NCBI GenBank assembly: GCA_037142195.1
Contig: JBAXBA010000001.1
Location: 96,001 to 160,000, forward strand
DNA length: 64,000 bases
Reading direction: 5' to 3'
Origin: Pseudomonadota bacterium
GTDB lineage: Bacteria; Bdellovibrionota_B; Oligoflexia; Oligoflexales; CAIMVM01
The notes beneath the pieces are model-generated. The model was not told where the DNA came from and made no database searches. It worked only from the letters and a program-made list of their open reading frames with translations. Both the position numbers and the translations under genes were made by a program. Shown in pieces: positions 27,779 to 37,418 of the stretch. The number at the start of each line of letters is the position of its first letter. Positions within the stretch are counted from its first letter, which is position 1.

Positions 27779-29212
27779 TTATTTAGACGCAAAATAGCCT
27801 GGGCCATCTGTGTCCGTGGGTTGTTTAGAAATAGGGGCACAAATATCTTCCGGATAGCTCCCCGTAAAACACGCCGTACAGTAGCCTTGGGACTTGTCGG
27901 ATAATGCTTCTTTCAGACCTGCCTTACTTAAATAGCCCAGAGAGTCAGCCCCTAAGAGGTCACGGATCTTATCGACAGTGATTTGAGCTGCGAGTAACTT
28001 CTTACGATCGGGAGTATCTACACCGTAAAAACAGGAATGGGTAATGGGTGGAGATCCCACGCGAAAATGAATCTCCTTAGCACCAGCCTCTCTGAGCATT
28101 CTGACTATTTTGGTTGAAGTTGTTCCTCGTACAATAGAGTCATCAATAACCACGACACGCTTGCCCTTTAAAACACCTTCGATAGCATTTAATTTCAGCT
28201 TTACACCGAAATCACGAATCGCTTGGGAAGGTTCTATGAAGGTCCTTCCCACATAATGATTGCGGATGAGCCCAAGCTCTAAAGGGATGCCCGTAGCTTG
28301 AGAATAGCCAATGGCCATAGGGACCCCTGAATCAGGAATCGCGACAACCACATCTGCCTCAGTGGGATACTCTTTAGCTAAAATTTCTCCCATTCTTTTT
28401 CTTTGCACGTAAACTGCAGATCCATTTTGGGTGCTATCTGGCCTTGAAAAATAAATGGGTTCAAAGGAACAAAACGCCTCGGGCTTCTTTTCAAAAGGAA
28501 ACTCAGACGCTTCCTCCTGTCCCTCATTCAAAATGAGAAATTCGCCGGGTTTAATTTCCCGAACAAGCCGCGCATCTATCAAGTCTAGAGCACAACTTTC
28601 CGAAGCTACGATCCAAGTGATGCCTTTTTTTCCAAGCACTAGAGGCCTTAACCCGTAAGGGTCTCGCACGGCATAGAGCGTGTCTTCAGCAGCAACTACT
28701 AAAGAATATCCGCCTTTTACTTGCTGAAGTGCCGAAATCAATTTCTCTTTAACGGTTAGCTTTTTACTTTTGGCTATAAGATGGGAAATCACCTCCGTAT
28801 CGGAGGTGGACGTAAAAATAGATCCTGAAGCTTCAAGGTCTTTTCGAATGGATTCCGCATTGGTAAGGTTGCCATTGTGGGCTAACACAATCGAGCCGTT
28901 TTCAGAACTTTGGTAAACAATGGGCTGAATATTTTGGACAAGATTGCCACCCGTTGTGGAGTAGCGCACATGGCCAACGCCGAGTCTACCCGTTAAACGG
29001 CTAAGAATATCTTTATTAAAACCATCTGATACTAGACCAAATTGCTTATGGGAACGAAGTACTTTTCCTTGCTTATCATCATCAACCGTCACAATACCAC
29101 AAGCTTCCTGGCCCCGATGCTGGAGAGCGTACAGTCCGAGATAAACTAAACGAGAGGCTTCATCGTCGCCTAGAACGCCCATTACGCCGCATTCATCTTT
29201 AAATCCGTTCAT
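27779..29212 (-). CDS. purF: Amidophosphoribosyltransferase
   Basis: Propeptide then ECG, LQHRGQE, GHVRYST, HNGNLTN, VVIDDSIVRGTT, Fe-S Cys residues. Confidence 0.97.
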   Translation of the reverse strand: MNGFKDECGVMGVLGDDEASRLVYLGLYALQHRGQEACGIVTVDDDKQGKVLRSHKQFGLVSDGFNKDILSRLTGRLGVGHVRYSTTGGNLVQNIQPIVYQSSENGSIVLAHNGNLTNAESIRKDLEASGSIFTSTSDTEVISHLIAKSKKLTVKEKLISALQQVKGGYSLVVAAEDTLYAVRDPYGLRPLVLGKKGITWIVASESCALDLIDARLVREIKPGEFLILNEGQEEASEFPFEKKPEAFCSFEPIYFSRPDSTQNGSAVYVQRKRMGEILAKEYPTEADVVVAIPDSGVPMAIGYSQATGIPLELGLIRNHYVGRTFIEPSQAIRDFGVKLKLNAIEGVLKGKRVVVIDDSIVRGTTSTKIVRMLREAGAKEIHFRVGSPPITHSCFYGVDTPDRKKLLAAQITVDKIRDLLGADSLGYLSKAGLKEALSDKSQGYCTACFTGSYPEDICAPISKQPTDTDGPGYFASK

Positions 29213-29244
29213 GTACCCTATCCCTTTGCAAAAAGAGCTCTAGT

Positions 29245-30015
29245 TTATTCGCTTGCTGACGTCTCATGCTCTGGATAAAAAAGAGTCGCCTTCATAAAGT
29301 CACGATTGAGCCTAGCTATATTCTCGATAGAGATTTCTTTTGGGCAGGCTGCTTCACAGGCTTTGGTATTCGTGCAAGCACCAAATCCTTCTTCATCGTG
29401 CTGGCGTAGCATGCCTAGGGCGCGGCGCATTCTCTCAGGTTGGCCTTGGGGTAAAAGGGCCAATTGGCTTACTTTAGTCGATACAAACAACATGGCCGAT
29501 GAATTTTTACATGCCGCCACACAAGCTCCACAGCCAATGCAAGCTGCTGCTTCAAATGACTTGTCGGCGAGATCTTTAGATATAGGTAGAGCATTGGCGT
29601 CTTGAGCAGAACCTGTGTTTACCGATACAAAGCCACCTTTTGCCATAATTCGATCAAAAGGAGTTCGGTCCACAATAAGGTCTTTCACAACCGGAAAGGC
29701 ACCTGCGCGCCACGGCTCAATATAAAGCTCATCGCCTTCTTTAAAGGATCTCATATGAAGCTGGCAAGCCGTCGTACCTTTAGAAGGTCCGTGAGGGCGT
29801 CCGTTGATAACCATGGAACATGAGCCGCAGATTCCTTCTCGGCAATCATGATCGAATGAAATCGCGTCTTCGCCTTTTTTAATCAAATCTTCGTTAAGGA
29901 CATCAAGCATTTCCAGAAAAGACATATTTGGATTTACGTCACTTGGACTATACGTTTCCAGTTTTCCGGCACTTTTCGCATTTTTTTGGCGCCATACATG
30001 AAGCTTAATTTTCAT
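29245..30015 (-). CDS. sdhB: Succinate dehydrogenase/fumarate reductase iron-sulfur subunit
   Basis: [33 protein letters not shown]. Confidence 0.96.
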   Translation of the reverse strand: MKIKLHVWRQKNAKSAGKLETYSPSDVNPNMSFLEMLDVLNEDLIKKGEDAISFDHDCREGICGSCSMVINGRPHGPSKGTTACQLHMRSFKEGDELYIEPWRAGAFPVVKDLIVDRTPFDRIMAKGGFVSVNTGSAQDANALPISKDLADKSFEAAACIGCGACVAACKNSSAMLFVSTKVSQLALLPQGQPERMRRALGMLRQHDEEGFGACTNTKACEAACPKEISIENIARLNRDFMKATLFYPEHETSASE

Positions 30016-31925
30016 TATTTATAACTCCTTGTGGAAAGTTGTAGCGTTTCAAATGTGAGCTCTTCTTTATGGCGAAGAGGAACTTTTTCTTCACCTTGAT
30101 ACTCCCAAACCGCCACATGGCAGAAGTTTGCATCGTCGCGCTTAGCTTCGCCTTCTTCTTGGTGCTCGGTTCTAAAGTGGCCGCCACAAGATTCCTCACG
30201 CGTCAAGGCGTCTCGACACATAAGTTCCCCAAACTCTAAAAAGTCTGCCACTCTCCCCGCTCTTTCGAGGGTTTGATTTAAACCTTCTGCGGTACCGGTT
30301 ACTTTTAGATTCGACCAAAACTCTTTTTTTAAAGCCTGAATCTTGGTGATTGCTGATTCGAGCCCCGCCTTATCGCGAGCCATTCCGCATTTTTCCCACA
30401 TAATATGACCCAGCTCTTTGTGAAATTCTGCTGGCGTCTTCGTGCCGTTTATAGACATAAACTTTTGTATACGCTCTTTAACTTCTTTTTCTGCCTGAAT
30501 AAATTCTGGGGCATCAATTGAGGTTTTTTCTGGTTTCGCCGTAGCAAAATAATTTCCGATGGTATTTGGAAGGACAAAATATCCATCTGCAAGACCTTGC
30601 ATAAGTGCGGACGCCCCAAGGCGGTTCGAACCATGATCTGAAAAGTTAGCTTCGCCAATAACATGGAGCCCAGAAATAGTGCTCATGAGATTATAGTCTA
30701 CCCAAAGACCACCCATCGTGTAATGGACCGCTGGATAGATGCGCATGGGCATTTTATAAGGATTTTCATCGGTAATTTTTTGATACATGTCAAAGAGGTT
30801 GCCGTAACGCTCCCTCACCTTGTCTTCTCCAAGTCTTTTAATGGAATCAGCAAAATCAAGGTAAACGCCAAGGCCGCTTTCACCGACTCCTCTTCCCTCG
30901 TCGCAAACCTCCTTTGCTGCCCTTGAAGCAATATCTCGCGGGGCGAGGTTTCCGTAAGAGGGATACTTCACTTCTAAAAAATAATCTCTTTCATCTTCTG
31001 GAATATCCGCAGGCGGACGCTTGTCGCCTCTTTTCTTTGGCGCCCAAACGCGTCCGTCATTTCTGAGGGACTCGGACATGAGGGTCAGTTTGGATTGATG
31101 GTCTCCCGAAACCGGAATGCATGTGGGGTGGATTTGCGTAAAACAAGGGTTCGCAAAGCCTGCGCCCTTTTTATAGGATCTAAAGGTTGCCGTAACATTA
31201 CAACCAATGGCATTTGTCGAAAGATAAAATACGTTGCCGTAGCCCCCGGTGGCCAAAACAACCGCATCTGCTGCCCAGCGTTTGATTTCTCCCGTCTCGA
31301 GGTTTCTCGTAATAATGCCGCGAGCTTTTCCATTGACGATCACAAGGTCAAGCATTTCGGTCTTACCGTGCATCTCTACTGTGCCCATACCAATCTGTCT
31401 GGAAAGTGATGAATAAGCACCTAAAAGCAACTGCTGTCCTGTCTGTCCTCTTGCATAAAACGTTCGAGACACTTGCGAGCCACCAAAGGAGCGGTTGGCC
31501 AATAGTCCGCCATAGTCTCTAGCAAAAGGAACCCCTTGAGCTACCGCCTGATCGATGATGTCAGTAGACACTTGAGCTAGCCGATAGACATTGGCTTCAC
31601 GAGCTCTAAAATCGCCGCCCTTAATGGTGTCGTAGAAAAGCCGATGAACGGAATCTCCATCCCCTTGATAGTTTTTAGCCGCATTGATTCCACCTTGTGC
31701 GGCGATCGAGTGGGCTCTTCGGGGAGAGTCTTGATAACAAAAAGCAGTTACTTTATATCCTAGCTCAGCCATCGTAGCTGCCGCAGAAGAGCCCGCTAGG
31801 CCTGTCCCTACAACAATAACAGAATATTTTCTTTTATTCGCAGGATTGATGAGTTTCACATCAAATTTATGTTTAGACCATTTTTCGGCAAGGGGTCCAC
31901 TTGGAACTTTGGATTCAAGTTTCAT
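30015..31925 (-). CDS. sdhA: Succinate dehydrogenase/fumarate reductase flavoprotein subunit
   Basis: [18 protein letters not shown] (FAD-binding His), [23 protein letters not shown]. Confidence 0.97.
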   Translation of the reverse strand: MKLESKVPSGPLAEKWSKHKFDVKLINPANKRKYSVIVVGTGLAGSSAAATMAELGYKVTAFCYQDSPRRAHSIAAQGGINAAKNYQGDGDSVHRLFYDTIKGGDFRAREANVYRLAQVSTDIIDQAVAQGVPFARDYGGLLANRSFGGSQVSRTFYARGQTGQQLLLGAYSSLSRQIGMGTVEMHGKTEMLDLVIVNGKARGIITRNLETGEIKRWAADAVVLATGGYGNVFYLSTNAIGCNVTATFRSYKKGAGFANPCFTQIHPTCIPVSGDHQSKLTLMSESLRNDGRVWAPKKRGDKRPPADIPEDERDYFLEVKYPSYGNLAPRDIASRAAKEVCDEGRGVGESGLGVYLDFADSIKRLGEDKVRERYGNLFDMYQKITDENPYKMPMRIYPAVHYTMGGLWVDYNLMSTISGLHVIGEANFSDHGSNRLGASALMQGLADGYFVLPNTIGNYFATAKPEKTSIDAPEFIQAEKEVKERIQKFMSINGTKTPAEFHKELGHIMWEKCGMARDKAGLESAITKIQALKKEFWSNLKVTGTAEGLNQTLERAGRVADFLEFGELMCRDALTREESCGGHFRTEHQEEGEAKRDDANFCHVAVWEYQGEEKVPLRHKEELTFETLQLSTRSYK

Positions 31926-31940
31926 CAAAAATTCTCCTTT

Positions 31941-32612
31941 TTAGCTAAGTATGCCAAGCAATACCGCGACAGGTATGCTTGAAAAACCCAAAAACAGCAC
32001 GATCGCCAGAAAGTCGCCCAGGCGTCTTATAGCCAAATTATACTTGGGATGATTGATACCCAGGGTCTGTAGTGAGGAGCTTATGGAGTGTGTCAGATGA
32101 AGACAAATGGTGAAAGTGGCTAAAATATAGAGGCCGACGAGCCATGGCTCTTGAAAGGATAGAACCACCATTTGATAGACGTCAAACGGTTCCAGTTCAG
32201 AAAAAAGCTCCGGATGTGTGAGGCGCCAAGTAAAGTGTGCGAGATGATAGATGATGTAAAGTAGAATTACAAAACCAGTCATACCCATATTTCTGGAGCT
32301 CCAACTAGAGCCCTTCCAAGCTGATGAGGCATACGGAATGGGATTGGCAGCGCGGTTTCTTTTCGTTAGAACAACAGCCGTTGCAACGTGGACGACTAAT
32401 GCGACGACACTTAAAATCCTAAAAGCCCAAAGGGCTGCCGGAAATTTTCTAAGCGTTTCAGCATAAGTATTAATGGCTTCAGGTCCTGCATAAATCAGCA
32501 TGTTTCCGCTCAAATGACCCAGCAGAAAAAAAATCATAAATAGCCCAGATAAACCCATCAACCACTTTTGACCAATGGTCGACTTCATCGCCTTAAAAAC
32601 CCAAGAGTTCAT
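31941..32612 (-). CDS. sdhC: Succinate dehydrogenase cytochrome b subunit (b558 type, 5 TM)
   Basis: Heme His residues in GHLSGN, VVHV, YHLAHF, LHLTH; first gene of sdhCAB. Confidence 0.93.
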   Translation of the reverse strand: MNSWVFKAMKSTIGQKWLMGLSGLFMIFFLLGHLSGNMLIYAGPEAINTYAETLRKFPAALWAFRILSVVALVVHVATAVVLTKRNRAANPIPYASSAWKGSSWSSRNMGMTGFVILLYIIYHLAHFTWRLTHPELFSELEPFDVYQMVVLSFQEPWLVGLYILATFTICLHLTHSISSSLQTLGINHPKYNLAIRRLGDFLAIVLFLGFSSIPVAVLLGILS

Positions 32613-32878
32613 TTTGGTTCCTTTTCTTTTTGAAATTGAACATTTGTCCTTTTTCTTTCAGCTCTTTAGAGAGCCGATAGGATATCAGACTTCGTGGCAG
32701 CGCGCATTTAAAAACTGCCGTCCACGTGATAGGCCCAATCCTTGGCATGGGAAGCCCAAAAGGCAAAGAAAACATGCCTACCAAATCAGTATTTTTTCCC
32801 TGGATAGGATTAAGGCGGCCAGAATAGAATTCCTCGGCCGGCGTTTTGCTTTTAGATGAAGTGAGATTTACACGGGCA

Positions 32879-35470
32879 TCAAGCGCTTTGCACACCGGCG
32901 ATGACAACGAGGGCCGACTGTTTGCTAAAAAACTTTGCTGCAGACCGTTTTATATCCTCTCGCGTTACCTGCTCTATCTCTGCTGAATAGCGCATAAATT
33001 TGTCATAGCCTAGCCCATAAAGCTCCATGAGAGACATCGTCATCGTCTGGCTGTCTGCTTTTTGCATATCCATTTCATGGAGCCCGATCAAATGGGCCTT
33101 GGCCCTAGTGAGCTCGTCTTCGGTTACAAGCTCGGTGGCAATTTTGGCGAATTCTTCTTTCATGCCTGAAATCGCTTCTGATAATTTACTTGGCGCAGTG
33201 GCGATATAACCACCAAGGGAGCCTCTTAAACAGCCAAACGTGGTGATGGGAGATACAGAATAGGCCAAGGGGTTCTTTTCCCGAAGTTCCATAAAGAGCC
33301 TTCCGCCATGTCCCCCCAAGATGTCCGTCATCACTTCAAGAGCTGGCTTTTCCTGGTCCATCCAATTCACCCCTCTAAAGCCATAGATTAGATGGCTCTG
33401 CTCTCGGTCCATGGGAATATGCTTTGTGACACCGGCCCATGGGCTTAGGTCTTCTTGGGCTTTAGGAATGGGAGTTGAGGCCGCTGGATGAAAGGATTCC
33501 AACAGTTTCGCTAATTTTTCAACAATGATCTCTGGGCTTTGGGGTCCCACGATCGAAATCACCCAATTTCTTGATTCGATCATACCTTTATAAAACTCAT
33601 TGAGTTTATTTATAGTAACCGACTCTATGGCCTGTTTGCTGCCATAGACGGGGTGAGCATAGGGAGTTCCTTCAAAGAGAACACTTTGAAAAGTCTTCAT
33701 AACCTGATGAGCTGGTGAGTCTTCTTGGGCTTTAATGGATTCTAGGGTTTCCCGCTTGTAGGACTCGAGCTGCTCTTCTGGAAAGACAGGGTGCAGAAAG
33801 GTATCACAAAATAAGCTGAGCATTTCGTCCGTTTGATCGGCGAGGCAGTGCATTGACATGCCAACGGAGTCTTTTCCAGAAAAGCCATGAAGCGACGCGC
33901 CGAGGGACTCGACCTGTCTCACAAATTGATCACGAGGAACCGATAAGGTTGCCTCTGCCCAAAGTCTTGACAGGGCATGATGCATTCCTAAGTCTTTTTC
34001 GGACTCAAAAGAGAGCCCGCCACGAGCCGCTATGACTAGGCTGACCTGCTCAGCGGCCGTGTTTTGGCGATAGATAAGCTTCAATCCTGGCTTCATCGTG
34101 TCCACAAAAACCGGGTTAGGAACAGCATGTTCCATCTTGGCCTCGCGGGTCTCCTCGACTGTTGACGAGCCAGCCTCCTTATAGGCCTCTTGAATTCCTT
34201 GGCGGTAAGCTTTCAGCACATCACTTTCGGTAAGATGGGATTCCGTTGGTACCATGCCGACAATGATTGCTTTTTCAGGGTCAAGCCAGCGACGTATCGC
34301 GCTCTCCACGAGAGAGGGGGTGGCAAGATCTACCTGTTTAGAATAGAGATCATCAAAATGCAGCTTTAGGGAGGTTTGGGCGCCAAAACCCACACTTCTT
34401 GCCTGACCCTCAACGGTCTCGTCTCGATAAATGCGATCTGACTTTAAAGAGGCTCGAGCCCTCGATATTTCTTCGCTGGTCACCGGATCATGGGACAAAA
34501 TAAGGGTTAATTGTTTCGCCATCGCAGTAATACAATCGAGATAGGATTCCAGGGGAGCTGCTGCAGACACTGTAAAAAGTCCATCGAACTGGGGCGTAAA
34601 TCCAGAAACCCCCACTGCTGAACAAACTCGGGACTGGTCTCTTAACCTGAGATTCAGGCGAGACATGTCACCTTGTCCTAAAGCAAAAGCAGCTAAATCA
34701 ATGAGGGGCGTATCAAAGTGTTCCAGCTCGGGCGCAGGTAGCGCAATTTCCACTCGAGCCACTTGGTAGTTTTCTTTTAAAAGTACAGCTTTAGGTTGGT
34801 GAGAAAAGGTATGATTAGGAAATAGGGGCTGAGGTAAGGCCTTGCCGGTTTTGCCTTCAAAGCGTTTTTTAAGATACCCAAGCATTTCCTTCGCGTTAAA
34901 ATCACCTACGACCACAAAAGTCATATTATCAGGTTGGTACCATTTCTTATGAAAGGCCATCACCCTCGCCTGGGTAAATGCGGCGACTTCAGGTTCAAAG
35001 CCTATAATCGGTCGGCCAGCTTCATTGCCCTCATAACAAAGTTCAAAAAGCCTTCGTCCCATTTTACCGCCCGGGTCATCCAATCCTCGGCGTATTTCTT
35101 CCAATATGACTTGGAGTTCTCTCTCCAATTCTTCCCCATCAAAACTGGAATTAAAGACGGCGTCGGCCAATAAGTCGACACCGTCGTAAGCGTGTTTAGA
35201 AATCAAATTCATATAATAAACAGTGCGCTCAAACGTTGTGTATGCGTTGATCTCGCCACCCCAACCCTCTACCAAAGTGCCTATTTCGCCCATTTTACGG
35301 GACGGTGTGCCTTTAAAAAGCATATGCTCCACGACATGGGCCATTCCACGCTCATCTGCGGCCTCATGAAGAGCTCCTGCCTTAATCCAACACTGAATGG
35401 AAACCACTTTTGAAAAATGATTTTCTTTTAATACGACTTCAAGGCCATTGGAGAGTTTTTCAATTAACAA
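32879..35470 (-). CDS. M16 family zinc protease (two fused modules)
   Basis: LSNGL, GMAHVVEHMLFKGT (HxxEH), INAYTT; second module lacks the HxxEH motif; RLFMELREKNPLAY. Confidence 0.93.
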   Translation of the reverse strand: MLIEKLSNGLEVVLKENHFSKVVSIQCWIKAGALHEAADERGMAHVVEHMLFKGTPSRKMGEIGTLVEGWGGEINAYTTFERTVYYMNLISKHAYDGVDLLADAVFNSSFDGEELERELQVILEEIRRGLDDPGGKMGRRLFELCYEGNEAGRPIIGFEPEVAAFTQARVMAFHKKWYQPDNMTFVVVGDFNAKEMLGYLKKRFEGKTGKALPQPLFPNHTFSHQPKAVLLKENYQVARVEIALPAPELEHFDTPLIDLAAFALGQGDMSRLNLRLRDQSRVCSAVGVSGFTPQFDGLFTVSAAAPLESYLDCITAMAKQLTLILSHDPVTSEEISRARASLKSDRIYRDETVEGQARSVGFGAQTSLKLHFDDLYSKQVDLATPSLVESAIRRWLDPEKAIIVGMVPTESHLTESDVLKAYRQGIQEAYKEAGSSTVEETREAKMEHAVPNPVFVDTMKPGLKLIYRQNTAAEQVSLVIAARGGLSFESEKDLGMHHALSRLWAEATLSVPRDQFVRQVESLGASLHGFSGKDSVGMSMHCLADQTDEMLSLFCDTFLHPVFPEEQLESYKRETLESIKAQEDSPAHQVMKTFQSVLFEGTPYAHPVYGSKQAIESVTINKLNEFYKGMIESRNWVISIVGPQSPEIIVEKLAKLLESFHPAASTPIPKAQEDLSPWAGVTKHIPMDREQSHLIYGFRGVNWMDQEKPALEVMTDILGGHGGRLFMELREKNPLAYSVSPITTFGCLRGSLGGYIATAPSKLSEAISGMKEEFAKIATELVTEDELTRAKAHLIGLHEMDMQKADSQTMTMSLMELYGLGYDKFMRYSAEIEQVTREDIKRSAAKFFSKQSALVVIAGVQSA

Positions 35471-35480
35471 AGTCTACCTT

Positions 35481-36443
35481 TCACATGCGCACATCAAGAC
35501 CGAGGGAAACGGCTTGGTGCAAATTGGATTTAGTTAAATCTTTTCTTGAGGTGTGGTACGCAAGCGTAAAGCCATTGTTTACAATAGCAACGCCCCCTGC
35601 AGCAAACCGAATCGGAGATTCAGAAGCAAGGGTCTGTCCATAGGACACAATCAACCGTAGGGTATTCTGCACCGTCGCAGTAGCAGAGCCCGTAATAGAG
35701 CGCTCTTTTGAAGTCGCCCCCAAGATTACCTCGTCTCGAATGCGGTCACGTTCTTTATAGTCGATTTGAGTAGTTACTGCACCTTCTCCCCAAAGACCGG
35801 CAATGCCATAACGAATAGTTTTAGGTGCGAGATTTTTAATTTTTTCTCCGTTGATGTTTTCGACAGAGGCTCCAACCCGAATCGAGGTACTTAAAAGTGC
35901 TGCAATACCTCCTCCTAATCCGCTTCCTGATACTTTTTCCCATTTCCCGTCATTTTGATCATATCCTTCTGCATGAATAAAGCTCAGTCCCACGGAAACT
36001 TTTGCAAACGCCTGAGCGAGACCAATCGTAAATCGTCTCTCCCCTGGGTCGTCAAACTGAACCGCTTCTAAAAATTTCTTTTGATCTTTTTCGGGATTGG
36101 GAAGGGTCTCGGAGCTCGTCGTCATCATCACGCCCGCTGCTACACCAGGAGACGTCGTAGGATCTACCACTCCAAGTTGATAATAGTTTCTTCCACCACT
36201 GGGCCAATGGATGGTTCCCCCAACCTGATAAGCCGTTAGAGCAGTCATCATCGCGGGATTTAAACGAACGGCACTAATATCGGTAAGTGCCGCCATTCCA
36301 GAATTGGAAAAAGCTTCACCGTGACCGCCGACACTCTCTATGCCGTCTGGAATAGGGCTTTTCTTGTTGAGCGACGTGGCCGCGAAGCCGTTGGAATAAA
36401 AAGCACCAAGTCCCCATAGAACAAGTGCACTTTGCTTGAGCAT
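35481..36443 (-). CDS. Putative outer-membrane beta-barrel protein (FadL/PorV-like N-terminal motif)
   Basis: Signal peptide; GEAFSNSGMAALTDISAVRLNPAMM; alternating beta strands ending HQAVSLGLDVRM. Confidence 0.65.
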   Translation of the reverse strand: MLKQSALVLWGLGAFYSNGFAATSLNKKSPIPDGIESVGGHGEAFSNSGMAALTDISAVRLNPAMMTALTAYQVGGTIHWPSGGRNYYQLGVVDPTTSPGVAAGVMMTTSSETLPNPEKDQKKFLEAVQFDDPGERRFTIGLAQAFAKVSVGLSFIHAEGYDQNDGKWEKVSGSGLGGGIAALLSTSIRVGASVENINGEKIKNLAPKTIRYGIAGLWGEGAVTTQIDYKERDRIRDEVILGATSKERSITGSATATVQNTLRLIVSYGQTLASESPIRFAAGGVAIVNNGFTLAYHTSRKDLTKSNLHQAVSLGLDVRM

Positions 36444-36512
36444 AATAAAACTCCAGAATGGTTCTAGAGTTTCATTCTAGCCTTGCTGGGGGCGTTTGGG
36501 CTAGTGATTGAA

Positions 36513-36845
36513 TTATTTCTTTTCTGGGGCTGGTTTTGCAAAGGCTCCAGAAATCTGATCTCTAATGATACGAAAGCTCGCTCCGCCCGCATCAATACTG
36601 ACCACATTGTCTTGAATGGTTTTCACTTTTCCAATGATTCCCGCTGCCGTTACGACTTCATCGCCAGGCTTCATGGCATTCAAAAACTCGCGATGCTCTT
36701 TTACCTTTTTGCCCTGAGGTCTAATGACAAAAAACCACATAATGGCAAGAAGACCAATAGGAAGTACCAGCTGTTCGATCATGCTTGGTCCTTTAGGGCC
36801 CGCTGCAGCCTGCGCATAGGCAGTTCCAACTAATGAAAAATTCAT
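36513..36845 (-). CDS. yajC: Preprotein translocase subunit YajC
   Basis: MWFFVIRPQGKK, MKPGDEVVTAAGIIGKV. Confidence 0.95.
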   Translation of the reverse strand: MNFSLVGTAYAQAAAGPKGPSMIEQLVLPIGLLAIMWFFVIRPQGKKVKEHREFLNAMKPGDEVVTAAGIIGKVKTIQDNVVSIDAGGASFRIIRDQISGAFAKPAPEKK

Positions 36846-36997
36846 ATATTTCCTCTTAAATGTATCATGAACTCAAAGACCCGGCAAAATACTCCAATCT
36901 CACCATCTTTGCAACAACCCTCTCCTGTGAGAGACTTTCACAAAAGCCCGAGGCGGCGGGCACTCAGGCTCTATATACCTAAAATCAGGAGACTCCC

Positions 36998-37303
36998 ATG
37001 ATTTCAAAGTTAATGTGTCTTGCACTTCTTTTGTTGGGAGTATCTTGTGGAAAAAGCGAAAGCAAGACCACTCCTGCCGCAGCGGGACTTTCCGCTGGAT
37101 TCGGTACCAACTGCACAACCTGTCACGGCTCGGCGGCGACAGGCGGGTCTGCCAAAAGCTTAAAAAACTATGCAGGGGGCCAGGACGCCTTTACTAGTGC
37201 TATCAGAACCGGCACCTCTGGGATGCCACAAACGTTCACCACCTCCCAATATTCCGATGCAGACCTTCTGGCAGACTACAATTTTCTAAAAAGTGTTCCC
37301 TAG
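36998..37303 (+). CDS. Monoheme cytochrome c lipoprotein
   Basis: RBS AGGAG; lipobox LGVSC; CTTCH heme motif; axial Met in SGMP. Confidence 0.85.
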   Translation: MISKLMCLALLLLGVSCGKSESKTTPAAAGLSAGFGTNCTTCHGSAATGGSAKSLKNYAGGQDAFTSAIRTGTSGMPQTFTTSQYSDADLLADYNFLKSVP

Positions 37304-37362
37304 TAGATCTTTCCTTAACTGCTCCTTGGGAAAGATATTGTCGCTCTTCCGACTTCACAAAG

Positions 37363-37398
37363 AAACACCCGAACTCCTTGTTAGAGTTCGGGTGTTTT
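37363..37398. terminator. Bidirectional rho-independent terminator
   Basis: AAACACCCGAACTC / GAGTTCGGGTGTTT 14-bp stem between convergent genes. Confidence 0.85.
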
Positions 37399-37418
37399 AG
37401 ATTCTTCAGAGACTAAAC

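Noticed and set aside
32575..32907. 94-aa and 104-aa ORFs in the sdhC upstream spacer
   Set aside because: They overlap both neighbours and have no motifs; the region is better explained as regulatory or structured
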